Below, in pieces: positions 63,443 to 64,000 of a DNA stretch of 64,000 nt. How positions within the stretch are numbered: the stretch's first letter is position 1; each line of letters starts with the position of its first letter. Under the pieces are notes generated by a model. The model did no database searches. It had not been told where the DNA came from and saw only the letters and a list, made by a program, of their open reading frames with translations. Source of the stretch: Bugula neritina (taxonomy: Eukaryota; Animalia; Bryozoa). Where the stretch lies: positions 12,244,633 through 12,308,632 of the forward strand of contig OZ037769.1 in assembly GCA_964035545.1 (NCBI GenBank), written 5' to 3'. The position numbers and the translations under genes are program-made.

Positions 63443-64000
63443 AGGTATCTGTAAACCATAAAAGTTTCTCTACGAGTTTCACCTATGTTGAACTTCCAGC
63501 ATAAGATATAAACGTATACAGGTGAAGGAGAAACAACATACCTGTCTATTGAACTCAATTTACTCCAGCATTGTATAGCAGTTTGAGAATACAGATTCAA
63601 CTGCAGAAGTATTTCTTGTCTCTGATGGCCATCTTGTAACCTGCTGCCATAATCTGCTGTCAGCGAATACTGCATGATTTCGGTTGTAACTTTTTCTGCA
63701 TCCTTTAGTTTGTAACACCTCAGTATCCATGTACATATTAGTATCATAGACTTACCTTTTATGTAAATATCTATACATTTACACTTTTCTCTCCCTGGGC
63801 TGTGGTTTCTTAGTTGTCTTCTCTTAATTTTCGTACATTCTTTAAATTGTATACAGTGTGATACCTGGTGGGTTTTTGCTAGTCCTATTAATAGTAACGA
63901 CTACTATTTTATGTATATGCATTTGTGGTCAATAGTTTTCTTACATATAAAGTTTGTATCTCAATTTTGTTTTGGAATATTTTAATTCAATTGTCCAAAT

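Overview
AT-rich, intron-rich animal (invertebrate-type) genomic DNA; the species cannot be identified from sequence alone. From left to right: (1) three tandem, apparently intact 10-exon paralogues of an SLC16/monocarboxylate-transporter-like MFS gene on the minus strand (369-7575, 9003-20700, 22995-29513). Copy 2 is inflated by a 1.3-kb AGY microsatellite, a decayed Academ-type DNA transposon carrying a nested RTE LINE, and MITEs. A BEL/Pao gag relic sits at both visible duplication junctions. (2) A 20-exon TBL3/UTP13 gene on the minus strand (34154-46911). (3) A divergently oriented DEK gene with 12 coding exons on the plus strand (50239-63442), with a long repetitive N-terminus and an AT-hook; its third intron holds an intact, very young Ty3/Gypsy element (190-bp LTRs, 1 mismatch). 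The most unusual pattern is that many introns carry their own private minisatellite, and in at least six cases the repeat unit contains the neighbouring splice site itself, giving arrays of donor, acceptor or AG|GT copies. Exon models were spliced by hand from GT-AG sites and reading phase and are not transcript-validated.
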